Shown here piece after piece: positions 1 to 9,599 of a DNA stretch of 64,000 bases. The DNA is from an uncultured Methylomirabilota bacterium (GTDB lineage: Bacteria; Methylomirabilota; Methylomirabilia; Methylomirabilales; 2-02-FULL-66-22): assembly GCA_963705305.1 (NCBI GenBank), contig OY970067.1, positions 4,704,001 through 4,768,000 of the forward strand. Direction: 5' to 3'. The number at the start of each line of letters is the position of its first letter. The stretch's first letter is position 1. The notes beneath the pieces were generated by a model. It was not told where the DNA came from. It did no database searches and was given only the letters and a program-made list of their open reading frames with translations. The position numbers and the translations under genes are program-made.

Positions 1-531
1 GATCTGCTGCCGGGCATCCCCGAGCTGGTCGCAGCCCTGGACGCTCGGCCGGACATCATGATCGGTCTCTTGACCGGCAACGTCGAGGCCGGGGCCAAGG
101 CCAAGCTCCGGCCGACCGGTCTCTGGCCCCATTTTCGAGTCGGCGCGTATGGGTCCGACAACATGGACCGCCGGCGGCTGCCGGACATCGCCCGTGCGCG
201 GGCAGCCGCCCTCACCGGACGGCCGATCTCTTTCGACCGCGTCGTCATCATCGGCGACACACCCCTGGATGTGGATTGTGCCCGCGCCTGCGGCGCGACG
301 GCCGTCGCGGTGGCAACCGGCCAGCACTCGGTCGAGGATCTCTCCGTCTGCGGCCCGGACCTCCTGTTCCCGAACTTCTCGGATGTTCCCGGGGTTTTGG
401 CGGCCCTCGAGGAAACCGGCGATCGATTGCGGGCCTCCGCGGACCGATCCTGGCCTGTCCGCCCGAATGGCCCCGAATCCCAGCCCAACTCCGCTGCTGC
501 CTGTGGCGACGGCGGGGATGGAATCGGGTGA
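1..531 (+). CDS. HAD-family hydrolase (5' end outside window)
   Basis: GLLTGN (motif II) and VIIGDTPLDV (motif IV); C-terminal PDLLFPNFSD typical of HAD phosphatases. Confidence 0.8.
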   Translation, partial: DLLPGIPELVAALDARPDIMIGLLTGNVEAGAKAKLRPTGLWPHFRVGAYGSDNMDRRRLPDIARARAAALTGRPISFDRVVIIGDTPLDVDCARACGATAVAVATGQHSVEDLSVCGPDLLFPNFSDVPGVLAALEETGDRLRASADRSWPVRPNGPESQPNSAAACGDGGDGIG

Positions 532-663
532 ATCTGAGGCACCGGGGACCGGTGGTCCCCGCTGAAGGAGGCCGGCAGATAGCGCACGATCCCAGTCCAA
601 GGCGCCGGGACCGGACTCCCACTCGCCCCTAGGGCGGCCGGGCAATCACTTCACTGTGGAGGG

Positions 664-1140
664 ATGTCCATGGATGCCAAGACCCGCCAAGAATTGATCG
701 CCAAATACAAGGATGGGTGCCGGGTCGTCACGGCGGCCCTGCAAGGGTGCACGGACAAAGAGCTGGATGCGCGCCCGGCAGCGGGCAAATGGTCCGCGCG
801 CGAAATCGTCCACCATCTTGCGGACAGCGAGATGATCGCCGCCATCCGCCTGCGGCGGCTGCTGACCGAGGACGCCGCGACGATTCGCGCGTTTGATCAG
901 AACATCTACGCGCGTCGCCTCTACTACGATCGGCCGATCGAGGCGTCTCTGGAGGCCTTCCGCGCCTCCCGACAGTCCACGGGCGAAATCCTGGAGCGGA
1001 TGACCGACGCCGATTGGACACAGTCAGGCACCCACAGCGAGAGCGGAGCATACTCGCCGGAGAAGTGGCTGGAAGTCTACGCCCATCACGGCCACACCCA
1101 CGCGGAGCAAATTCGCAAGGCCAGGGCGGCTGCCAAGTAA
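664..1140 (+). CDS. DinB family protein
   Basis: WSAREIVHHLADSE and HGHTHAEQI metal-binding His pattern of DinB_2/YfiT. Confidence 0.85.
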   Translation: MSMDAKTRQELIAKYKDGCRVVTAALQGCTDKELDARPAAGKWSAREIVHHLADSEMIAAIRLRRLLTEDAATIRAFDQNIYARRLYYDRPIEASLEAFRASRQSTGEILERMTDADWTQSGTHSESGAYSPEKWLEVYAHHGHTHAEQIRKARAAAK

Positions 1141-1372
1141 GTCGACGGACCAGGTGACAACCGTCGGTACCCCGGACACTCCAGGGCGGGCGGGTCCGGA
1201 TCGTGCGCGCCCTCGCGTCGCCGCCGGAACGGCCGTTCACGCCTCCCGGCACTCCTCCCCCTCGGGCGCCCGGACGGAGCCCTGCACCTGACCTGCGGTT
1301 CGACCTGATGAAATGGCCGCCGACGGGCGAGGCGACGAGACGCTTCTTGGGGCGGAAGGCAAGGAGACAGGC

Positions 1373-2215
1373 ATGGGACGATTGAGCGGCAAGGTGGCCC
1401 TGGTCACCGGATGCGCTGGGGAGCGGGGAATCGGCCGCGCGATCGCCCGGCGATTCGCAGCGGAGGGCGCCGATCTCATCCTGACGGATATCGCGATGCA
1501 CGGCACCGCGGTGGTCCCGGCGAAGCCGCGGCCCGGCTGGGGCGGCCTGGAGGCCGTGACGTCCGAGGCGCGCGCGGCCGGCCGGCAGGTGGTGGTGGCC
1601 CTCCTCGACATCCGCTCCGCCGTCCAGATCGACCGCGTCATCGCCCAGGGACGGGAAGCCTTCGAGCGTATCGACGTCTTGGTCAACAATGCCGCCGCGC
1701 CGCCGGGGGCCGACCGCGTGCCGGTCGTCGAATTGCCGGAAGAGGCGTGGAACGCGGTGCTGGACGCCAACCTCACGGGAGCGTTCCGCTGCGCCAAAGC
1801 CGCAGCCCGCCTGATGCTGGCCCGCAAGACCCGCGGGCGCATCATCAACATCGCCTCGGACGCCGGCCGTGTGGGCCGGCCCAGCCTCGCGGCCTACTGC
1901 ACCTCCAAGTTCGGCCTGATCGGCCTCACGCAGTCCCTGGCCATGGAGCTGGCGCCGGCGGGCATCACGGTGAACGCCCTTTGCCCGGGAGGCGTGGACA
2001 GCGAACGATTGGATTATCTGGGGCGACGGGAGGATGGGAGCTACGATGACGCACGCCGCGCTGCGGAGATCCGCCGACGGGCCGCCGGGAACCCGATGGG
2101 TCGCCTGACGAGCCCCGAAGACGTGGCGGCGGCCGCCGTCTTTCTGGCGTCGGATGAGGCCGAGTACATCACCGGGCAGGCCATCAACGTGTCCGGCGGC
2201 TCCATCATGCACTGA
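1373..2215 (+). CDS. SDR family NAD(P)-dependent oxidoreductase
   Basis: GKVALVTG...GIG, NNAA, YCTSK catalytic motif, ITGQAINVSGG; SD AAGGAG at 1361 before ATG 1373. Confidence 0.9.
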   Translation: MGRLSGKVALVTGCAGERGIGRAIARRFAAEGADLILTDIAMHGTAVVPAKPRPGWGGLEAVTSEARAAGRQVVVALLDIRSAVQIDRVIAQGREAFERIDVLVNNAAAPPGADRVPVVELPEEAWNAVLDANLTGAFRCAKAAARLMLARKTRGRIINIASDAGRVGRPSLAAYCTSKFGLIGLTQSLAMELAPAGITVNALCPGGVDSERLDYLGRREDGSYDDARRAAEIRRRAAGNPMGRLTSPEDVAAAAVFLASDEAEYITGQAINVSGGSIMH

Positions 2216-2419
2216 CATGGAAGCGGTCGGGGCCGTGACGGCACCGACACATTCCCGGCTCGAGCGCGGGCCAGAAGGTTTGCGATTGCAGGAAGGGATG
2301 CCAGGCAGCGCGGGGTATCCCAGTGAGCAGGCCACCAAAGAAACAGCCATACATGCCAGCGCCGCGTACAGCGTCTGCCACGTTCCGGTCACCCCTCCCG
2401 CGAGTCCTCCGGGCGATCT

Positions 2420-2866
2420 TTACCCCTTGCCGGACTCCAGCGCGGCCACGCCGGCCCGCGCCACCTGGGCGTCCTCTTCGCCCGATCCGCCGCTCACCCC
2501 GACCCCACCCACACAATGCCCGTCCACCACTATCGGCACGCCGCCCGCAAAGGTGATGTACGCGTCCGTTCCGGCCGCCAGCGGGAGCGCGATGGCCATG
2601 TGGTCGTCCAGCGGCTTCCCGGACGAGCTGATCTTTCCGGTCGGCAGGCGGTTCGAGGCGGCGGCCCGGGCCTTGACGTGGGCGACGCGAATGTTGTGCA
2701 GCTTCCCATCGTCTGTCCGGGCGAACCCGAGGAGATGGCCGCCCTCGTCCACTACGGCGATGCTCATGGGGATCTTCATCTCCTGCGACTTTCGGACCGC
2801 AGCCTGGAGGATCCGGTTGGTCCCCTCCCAATTCAACTTGAGTGCCTGACGTGTGATCATGCGCAT
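2420..2866 (-). CDS. GlcG/HbpS family heme-binding protein
   Basis: SIAVVDEGGHL, KARAAA, GGVPIVVDG..VGGVGVSGG..EEDAQVA. Confidence 0.85.
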   Translation of the reverse strand: MRMITRQALKLNWEGTNRILQAAVRKSQEMKIPMSIAVVDEGGHLLGFARTDDGKLHNIRVAHVKARAAASNRLPTGKISSSGKPLDDHMAIALPLAAGTDAYITFAGGVPIVVDGHCVGGVGVSGGSGEEDAQVARAGVAALESGKG

Positions 2867-2984
2867 GCCCTCTCTGGCGGAAAGCGGTGCCGACGAGGCG
2901 CCTGCCTCTCTTCATCCCGCACGGAGGCGCTGGGCGACCAGACAGGTTCGTCCCCGGCGCCCCACAGCCCGAGCCGGCCGCCCC

Positions 2985-3581
2985 TCACCCGATCTCCGCG
3001 TACCGAAAGCAGCCTACCAGGTGATCGTTCACCAATCCGACTGCCTGCATGAACGCATAACAGATGGTCGAGCCGACAAATGTGAAGCCGCGCCGGGACA
3101 GGTCCGCGCTCAAGGCGTCGGATTCCCGGGTGCGGGCCGGAATGTCCCGAAGTGTCCTTCGGCGATTTCGCTTCGGACGGCCGCCGACGAATCGCCACAG
3201 GTAGGCATCGAAGCTTCCCCACTCCGCCTGGACCTCTAGGAACGCTCTCGCATTCCGGATCGCCGCCGCGATCTTCAGCCGGTTGCGGATGATCCCCGCA
3301 TCCCTCAGCAGCACGGCTGTCTTCCGCTGGTCGTACGCAGCGATGATCTGCGGATTGAAGTGATCGAAGGCCGAGCGGAAGTGCTCTCGCTTCTTGAGAA
3401 TTGTCTCCCAGCTCAATCCCGCCTGCGCCCCTTCAAGGATCAGGAACTCGAAAAGCCGCCCATCGTCGTGGACCGGCACTCCCCACTCCCCATCGTGGTA
3501 GGCGATTGACAGGGGTGTCTTGGCCCAGCCGCAGCGACGAAGCTCGGAGGGCCGGCCCGTCCGTGCACGCAGCGGCGTCAC
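2985..3581 (-). CDS. tag: DNA-3-methyladenine glycosylase I
   Basis: RCGW, YHDGEWG, LEGAQAGLSW, IIRNRLKI, FVGSTICYAFMQAVGLVNDH. Confidence 0.95.
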   Translation of the reverse strand: MTPLRARTGRPSELRRCGWAKTPLSIAYHDGEWGVPVHDDGRLFEFLILEGAQAGLSWETILKKREHFRSAFDHFNPQIIAAYDQRKTAVLLRDAGIIRNRLKIAAAIRNARAFLEVQAEWGSFDAYLWRFVGGRPKRNRRRTLRDIPARTRESDALSADLSRRGFTFVGSTICYAFMQAVGLVNDHLVGCFRYAEIG

Positions 3582-3597
3582 GGCCCACCCCCTCCTC

Positions 3598-4836
3598 TCA
3601 TTCCGCGGCCAGCCTCAGCAGCGACAGGAGCAGCACATTGGCGCCCCGCTCGATCTCCTCATCGGCCGTATACTCCATCGGGGAATGGCTGCGACCGTCC
3701 CGGCTTGGAACGAAGACCATCCCCGCCTTGGCAACGCGGCCGACCACCTGGGCGTCGTGCCCGGCCATGGCGGGAATCCGAAAGGACCGAAGACCCAGCT
3801 CGCCTGCCGCAGACTCGATCGCTTCCTGCAGCTCGGGGGCCAGCGGCACCGGCGCGACATCGAGGATGGTTTCGATAGAGAGCTCCAGGCCCCAGGATGA
3901 TGCCACATCGGTCGCGAGGGCGCGCGACCGTTCGGCAAGATGCAGGAGCCGCTCCCGCGAGACCTCGCGAAGCTCGTAGGTCAGATGGGCCTCGGCGGGG
4001 ACAATGTTGGGCACGGCCGGCTTCAGCTGTACCACGCCCACCGTCAGACGGCTTGCCGACGTGCCCTCGGCCATGACCAGTTGCCGCCCCTTCAGGGCAA
4101 GGTCGGCGGCCCCCATGAATGCATCCTTCCGGCCGGTCATAGGGGTGGTCCCCGCATGATCCGCCCGACCGCGAAAGGTCATCCCAAACCGGCAGATGCC
4201 GACCACGGCCTCCACGACCCCGATAGGAATGCCGAGCGCTTCCAGGATCGGGCCCTGCTCGATATGGAGCTCGAGGTAGGCCTTGATCTCTTTGGGGTCC
4301 CGCCGGGCGGCCGGGGCCTGCAGCGCGTCCAGCCCATGCCGGGCCATGGCATCGACGATCCGGTGGCCGTTCGAATCCCTGATCCGGGGGATATCCTCAG
4401 CCCGCAGCACCCCGGTCATGGCGTAGCTGCCAAAGAAGCCGCCGAACGCCCCCTCCTCGTCGGTGAAGGCCACCAACTCCAACGGATGTCGGAGTCGAAC
4501 CGCCTCCTCTTTGATCCGCCGTAGGCATTCCAGACCCGCCAGGACGCCCAGCGCCCCGTCGAATCGGCCACCGTTAGGAACCGTATCGATGTGCGACCCT
4601 ACCATCTCGACCGGCGCCCCCGGCTGCCAGCGCGCGAAGATGTTGCCCGCCGCATCCTGGCGGGCCTCCATCCCGGCCTGGCCAATCCGCGCCAGCAGCC
4701 AGCGCCGCGCCTCCATATCGGCGTCGCTCCAGGACGGCCGCGACACCCCGCCGTCGGGGGTCCTCCCGATCGTGCCCAGCGTCCGCAGGTCGTCGCAGAG
4801 CCGTTCGCGGTTCACCCGCATTGCAGCCTCCGTCAT
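3598..4836 (-). CDS. M20 Zn-dependent amidohydrolase (N-carbamoyl-L-amino-acid/allantoate amidohydrolase family)
   Basis: GSHIDTVPNGGRFDG, DEEG, ELHIEQGP, HAGTTPM, GHDA, SHSPME; ATG 4836 overlaps upstream stop (ATGA). Confidence 0.9.
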   Translation of the reverse strand: MTEAAMRVNRERLCDDLRTLGTIGRTPDGGVSRPSWSDADMEARRWLLARIGQAGMEARQDAAGNIFARWQPGAPVEMVGSHIDTVPNGGRFDGALGVLAGLECLRRIKEEAVRLRHPLELVAFTDEEGAFGGFFGSYAMTGVLRAEDIPRIRDSNGHRIVDAMARHGLDALQAPAARRDPKEIKAYLELHIEQGPILEALGIPIGVVEAVVGICRFGMTFRGRADHAGTTPMTGRKDAFMGAADLALKGRQLVMAEGTSASRLTVGVVQLKPAVPNIVPAEAHLTYELREVSRERLLHLAERSRALATDVASSWGLELSIETILDVAPVPLAPELQEAIESAAGELGLRSFRIPAMAGHDAQVVGRVAKAGMVFVPSRDGRSHSPMEYTADEEIERGANVLLLSLLRLAAE

Positions 4837-5795
4837 GGGACGAGGACAATCTTGCCGTAGGCGCCGGACGCCAGGACGGCTTCGTGCGCTTTGGGCGCCT
4901 CCACCAAAGGAAACTCTCTGCCGACGACCGGCCGCAGGGTTCCGTTGGCGAGACCCGCTCCGATCCCGGCATGGATCCGCTGCATCTCCTGGGGGGAGGC
5001 GTTGAACAGAACCATGCCGAGAATGCTGGCGTCCCGCGCCATGGCATCCCGGGGGTTGATCTCGATCGTCCCCCGGCAGCCGATGACCACCACCCGGCCG
5101 CCCCGGGCCAGGACGGTGAGGTCCTTCCCCAGGTTCACATTGGAGAGCATCTCCAGTACCACGTCCACCCCGCGGCCGTCGGTGAGCGCCTTGATCTTCT
5201 CTAGGTAGTCCGCCGCCGTGTGGTCCAGCACGTGATGGGCCCCCTGCTCCTTGACCAGGCTGCGGCCCTTCTCGGTTCCCGCCGTCCCGATCACGGTCAT
5301 CCCGCGGGCGCGGGCGAGCTGTACGCCGGCGATGCCGACGCCGCCGCTGGCCCCGTGGACCAGCACCGTCTCTCCGGCGAGGGCATGCGCCCGCTGGAAC
5401 AGCGCACGGTAGGCCGTGCCGTAGGGGACCGATATCCCGGCCCCTGGGGTGAAGTCGATGTTGGGAGGCAGCGGCTTCACATCCTTGGCCTCGCACAGGG
5501 TAAGCTCGGCGTAGACGCCGGTCACCGTCCAGAGCGTGTATACGCGGGCCCCTTTCGCCAGCCCGCTCACACCGCTGCCCACGGCCTCCACTGTCCCGGC
5601 CGCATCAGTCCCCGGCGTGTAGGGAAGCTGCGGCTTGAGGGCGTAGGCCCCCGACCGGATGTAGGCATCCACCGGGTTCACACCCGCGGCCTTGACCCGC
5701 ACCACGACCTGTCCCGGTCCGGGCGTGGGATCCGGGACCTCCTCCACCTTCAACACCTCCGGACCACCAAATTGGTGCACCCGAATAGCTCTCAT
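4833..5795 (-). CDS. NADPH:quinone reductase (zeta-crystallin-like MDR)
   Basis: FGGPEVL, GVNPVD, PYTPGTDAAG, HGASGGVG, C-terminal GKIVL. Confidence 0.9.
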   Translation of the reverse strand: MRAIRVHQFGGPEVLKVEEVPDPTPGPGQVVVRVKAAGVNPVDAYIRSGAYALKPQLPYTPGTDAAGTVEAVGSGVSGLAKGARVYTLWTVTGVYAELTLCEAKDVKPLPPNIDFTPGAGISVPYGTAYRALFQRAHALAGETVLVHGASGGVGIAGVQLARARGMTVIGTAGTEKGRSLVKEQGAHHVLDHTAADYLEKIKALTDGRGVDVVLEMLSNVNLGKDLTVLARGGRVVVIGCRGTIEINPRDAMARDASILGMVLFNASPQEMQRIHAGIGAGLANGTLRPVVGREFPLVEAPKAHEAVLASGAYGKIVLVP

Positions 5796-5931
5796 GGCTC
5801 TCCTCGCTCCGCTAAAGTTTCAAGCAGCTGGCAGAAGGACGTCAGCCCATCCGGTCGCTGATCCTGCCCCCCTCCTCATTCGCCGAAGGAATGGCCGTGC
5901 TCACAGCACGGCGGTAGGCGGCGTCCTGTTT

Positions 5932-5960
5932 ACGATACGCCACAAGAAGGCGCGATGCAA
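5932..5960 (-). promoter_or_regulatory. putative sigma70 promoter for quinone reductase operon
   Basis: minus strand TTGCAT-N17-TATCGT. Confidence 0.45.
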
Positions 5961-6015
5961 TGGGACGGCCGCGGGGGAGGATCACCAGTTGCGGACGCCG
6001 AGCGGATCTCCTGGC

Positions 6016-7020
6016 CTAATCCGCCGGCGTATGGTACACGTTCGGATTGACCACGAATTCCGGTCGTTGGCCCCGCAGCACGGCAAGCACAGCCTCTACG
6101 GCGCGGTCCCCCATGCAGCGGATGGATTCCCGGGTGTGCGTTCCCATGTGCGGCGTGCCGATGACGTTGGGTAGAGAAAGCAGCGGACTGTCCGTCGGAG
6201 GCTCCTGCTCGAAGACGTTGGTGGCGTACCCGGCGACCTTCCCCGAGACCAGCCCCTCATACATCGCCGTCTCATTGACCAGCTTGCCGCGTGAGGTATT
6301 GACGATCCAGACGCCCGGTCGCATCCGGGCGATCTCATCCGCGCCGATCACCCCCTCGGTCTCGGGGGTCAGCGGGGCGTGCAGGCTGAGAATGTCCGAT
6401 CCAGCCAGCAGGCCCGGGAAGTCCACCTGGCGGATGCCGATCTCCCTGGCCGCCTCCTCGGGCCACGCCGGGTCGACGCCCAGAAGCTCCATCCCAAACC
6501 CCTTGGCTCGCCGGGCCACGTTCTGGCCGATGCGGCCCAACCCCAGAATGCCCATGGTTTTGCCGGTGAGCCCGGCCCCGAGGAACCGCTCCCAGCGACC
6601 GGCTTTGACGCTGGCCGAGGCCTCCGGGATGCGCCGCAACAGGGCCAGCAGGAGGCCTACGGCGAGATCGGCCACGGCCTGATCGTTGGCGCTGGGGGCG
6701 GTGGCGACGACGATCCCGCGCGCCGTGGCCGCCGCGATGTCAATGTTATCCACCCCGACGCCATGCTTGGCGATGATGCGGAGCCGCGGCGCGGCGTCCA
6801 TGAGGGCGGCCCCGATGGGGTGAAATGCCACGATCCAGGCATCCGCACGGGCAACCTTCGCGCGAAGGTCTGCCTCGGCAATGCCGCTCCCTTCACGCCA
6901 CTCGAGGATGACGCAGCCAGCCTCGCGGAGGCGCTCCATCGGCTCGGGCACCTCTCGTCCGAAGGACCGGGTCGTCACCAGCACGTTGCAGCTGTACACT
7001 GTCCCTCTCCCAGCGGGCAC
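6016..7020 (-). CDS. D-2-hydroxyacid dehydrogenase (phosphoglycerate dehydrogenase-like); start may be the GTG near 6999
   Basis: KHGVGVDNID, GLGRIG, LHAPLTPET, NTSRG, TPHMG. Confidence 0.9.
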   Translation of the reverse strand: MPAGRGTVYSCNVLVTTRSFGREVPEPMERLREAGCVILEWREGSGIAEADLRAKVARADAWIVAFHPIGAALMDAAPRLRIIAKHGVGVDNIDIAAATARGIVVATAPSANDQAVADLAVGLLLALLRRIPEASASVKAGRWERFLGAGLTGKTMGILGLGRIGQNVARRAKGFGMELLGVDPAWPEEAAREIGIRQVDFPGLLAGSDILSLHAPLTPETEGVIGADEIARMRPGVWIVNTSRGKLVNETAMYEGLVSGKVAGYATNVFEQEPPTDSPLLSLPNVIGTPHMGTHTRESIRCMGDRAVEAVLAVLRGQRPEFVVNPNVYHTPAD

Positions 7021-7056
7021 AAGCCGGTACCCAGACGGCCGGCCGCCTCGCCATAC

Positions 7057-8544
7057 TCAGTGGCGCAGGGCCTTCAGGGCCTGCAGGATCCGGTCCGCCC
7101 TCTCCCGCTGCTGCCGGTAGAAATGGCGGGTCTGGTCATCCGGCTCGACCGACGCGCCGGATTCGGACAAGCCCTTGGCCACACCGAGGTCCGGCGCCAT
7201 CCCCAGCGCCACCCACGCCAGCACCGCCGCGCCTAAGGCCGAACCCTCGGCGCATTGGGGGACCCGGATGCGAGCCCCGAACATGTCCGCCGCAATCCGC
7301 AGCCACGCGGGGGAGCCGGCGAGACCCCCGGTGACGCGGATCTCCTCGATCGCCCCAAGCTGCTCCCGGAGCGTCTCGACGGTCCGCGCCACGGAGGCCG
7401 CGATCCCCTCGAGGACCGCCCGGGCGAGCTGTTCGCGCCCATGGCGGAGCGTGAGCCCCCAGAAGCCTCCCGTCGTCTCCGGGTCCCAGACGGGGCACTG
7501 CTCCCCGGACAGGTAGGGCAGGAAGATCAGCCCCTCCGCCCCCGCGGGGACCGCCGCCGCCAGATCGGTCACCTCGGCACGCAGCAGCTCCGGGTTGGCC
7601 GTTTGCGGCTCCAGGACCCGCAAGAACCAGTCGTACACAATGGCCCCGCTGCTCACGATGCCGCCGATCACCCACCAGCGCTCGTCCAGAGCGTACGTCC
7701 ATAGCCGCTCCTGCCGGTCCAGCGTGGGTGCCTGGATCAGGCAGCGACAGGCCGCGCTCGTTCCCACGTTCACGGCGGCGACCCCCGGGCCGACCGCCCC
7801 CGCCCCGATGCTGGCCAGCACGCCGTCCCCGGCGCCGATCACGCAGGGGATGCCCTGGGGGAGACCGGTGCGGGCCAGCACCCCTGGCAGCCAGCGGGTG
7901 AATGTCTGGTACGGGGAGACCGGGACCGAGAGGGATGACCGGTCGATCCCGGCGGCCTCCAACGCCTCCGGTGCCCAGTCGCGTCGGCGGATGTCGAAGA
8001 GGCCGCTGGAAGAGGCCATTGACCAGTCGACGACGTACTCGCCGAAGAGACGGCGGAAGACGTACTCTTTGACGGAGATGAATCGAGCCGGCCGCGCGGG
8101 CAGATCTGCCTGCCGGAGCCAGATGATCTTCGACAGCGGGTAGATGGCGTCGAGCGGACATCCGGTGGCGCGAAAGATCCGGCGCCCACGCACGGACCGC
8201 CGCAGGCCGTCGGCCACCGCTGCGCTGCGGCGATCCGACCAGATGAGGAAGGGGGACAGGGCCCGGTCGTCGGCGCCCACGGGCATGGTGCTGTACCATT
8301 GGGCGCTGAAGGACACCGCGTCTACGGGGAGACCCGACGGCCGATCCCGATAGGCCGTCCCGATGGCATCGAGCACGGCGGAATAGACCAACTCCGGATC
8401 CTGCTCCGCCCAATCCGGCCGAGGGGTGAGCATGGGGTAGGCGCGCCGGGCAAGGGATAGAACCCGACCCTGGCCGTCGAACAGCGCCGCCTTCGTGGCC
8501 GACGTCCCGATGTCCACCGCCAGCACAACCCCGCGCTCGGACAT
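7057..8544 (-). CDS. FGGY carbohydrate kinase (gluconokinase-like)
   Basis: DIGTSATK, AEQDPE, GAGDG, GTS, FLPYLSGEQCP, TGG. Confidence 0.85.
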   Translation of the reverse strand: MSERGVVLAVDIGTSATKAALFDGQGRVLSLARRAYPMLTPRPDWAEQDPELVYSAVLDAIGTAYRDRPSGLPVDAVSFSAQWYSTMPVGADDRALSPFLIWSDRRSAAVADGLRRSVRGRRIFRATGCPLDAIYPLSKIIWLRQADLPARPARFISVKEYVFRRLFGEYVVDWSMASSSGLFDIRRRDWAPEALEAAGIDRSSLSVPVSPYQTFTRWLPGVLARTGLPQGIPCVIGAGDGVLASIGAGAVGPGVAAVNVGTSAACRCLIQAPTLDRQERLWTYALDERWWVIGGIVSSGAIVYDWFLRVLEPQTANPELLRAEVTDLAAAVPAGAEGLIFLPYLSGEQCPVWDPETTGGFWGLTLRHGREQLARAVLEGIAASVARTVETLREQLGAIEEIRVTGGLAGSPAWLRIAADMFGARIRVPQCAEGSALGAAVLAWVALGMAPDLGVAKGLSESGASVEPDDQTRHFYRQQRERADRILQALKALRH

Positions 8545-8570
8545 CTTCCGACCTCTCGCCCGGCGGATCC

Positions 8571-9482
8571 CTACCTGACGAGGGAGGGATCGAAGACCGC
8601 CTTGGGCAGCGACTCGAAGGCCGCGTGAATCTCTGCGGTCTCCCTGTCGTTCAGGCCGCGCAACGGGGCCTTCATGTCCAGCGGGAATTGGCGCCCGCGC
8701 AGCCGCATGACCTCCTTGTAGCCGGCCAGGTATGGCCCGATCTTCAGCACCACGCGGAGCCGGTTGACCAGAAGCTGCAATCTACGCGCGCGTTCGTACT
8801 GCTTCGCCATTACCGCATCGTAGAGGGCCACCATCAACTCCGGGAACGGGTTCGCCACCGCCGACACCACCCCCGCCCCGCCCACCATCATGGCCGGGTA
8901 GACCAGCCCGTCCGTGCCGATGATGCAGGCGAAGCCATCCCCGCCCACCTCGACGTACTCCTGGAAGAGGATCAGGTCTTTGCTGGAGTCCTTGATCCCG
9001 GCGATGTTCTTCCCCTGCTTGACCAGCTTTCCCACCAGGGAGGAGGAGATTCCCGAGGCCGAGCGGCCCGGGTTGTTGTACAGGAACACCGGCAGGCCGG
9101 GCACGCAGGCGGCCACCGCGCCGAAGAAGGCCTCCAGGGCGGCGCCGTCGGACGGGTAGAAGTAGGGCGTGATGACCGAAATGGCATCGGCCCCGGCCTT
9201 CTCGGCATGCCGGGCCAGCTCGATGCAGCCGCCGGTGTTGTTGGTGGTCACTTGCGGCATCACGAAGGCCCGGCCCTTCACCTGGTCCACGCAAATCTCG
9301 ACGGCCCGCCTCCGCTGGGCATCGGAGAGGGCGATGCCTTCACCCATAGTCCCGCAGGGGAAGATGCCGTGGATGCCGGATTGGACCATCCACTCCACGT
9401 GGTCGCGCAGCGCCTCCTCGTGGATCTCTCCGGAGGGGGTGAGCGGGGTGTGCAATGCAACGATGATACCGTGGGCGTTCAT
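8571..9482 (-). CDS. DHDPS/NAL-family aldolase or dehydratase
   Basis: GTMGE, LYNNP, GIKDSS Schiff-base lysine. Confidence 0.85.
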   Translation of the reverse strand: MNAHGIIVALHTPLTPSGEIHEEALRDHVEWMVQSGIHGIFPCGTMGEGIALSDAQRRRAVEICVDQVKGRAFVMPQVTTNNTGGCIELARHAEKAGADAISVITPYFYPSDGAALEAFFGAVAACVPGLPVFLYNNPGRSASGISSSLVGKLVKQGKNIAGIKDSSKDLILFQEYVEVGGDGFACIIGTDGLVYPAMMVGGAGVVSAVANPFPELMVALYDAVMAKQYERARRLQLLVNRLRVVLKIGPYLAGYKEVMRLRGRQFPLDMKAPLRGLNDRETAEIHAAFESLPKAVFDPSLVR

Positions 9483-9519
9483 GGGTCGATTCTCCCGTCC
9501 TCCGAGGCAACAGGCGCCT

Positions 9520-9557
9520 TCCCCGGGCGGGGGTCCTGTGCGGCCCCCGCCCGGGGA
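9520..9557. repeat. perfect 14-bp GC hairpin between dctP and the aldolase gene (possible mRNA-stabilising or attenuating stem)
   Basis: TCCCCGGGCGGGGG (9520-9533) pairs with CCCCCGCCCGGGGA (9544-9557); no U-tract. Confidence 0.6.
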
Positions 9558-9599
9558 GAGGCTCCCCGCCGCTCCCGAACGCGAATGGTCAGCCGGTCC

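Noticed and set aside
728..2392. 554-aa minus-strand ORF and similar long shadow ORFs (8625-10643, 46950-49250, 54550-57288, 58457-61264)
   Set aside because: Antisense or out-of-frame shadows of well-supported genes, low-complexity Arg/Gly/Pro/Ala translation, no motifs
5796..5930. Structured leader of the quinone reductase as riboswitch or uORF
   Set aside because: One small hairpin only, no riboswitch consensus I recognise, and the short uORF lacks an SD
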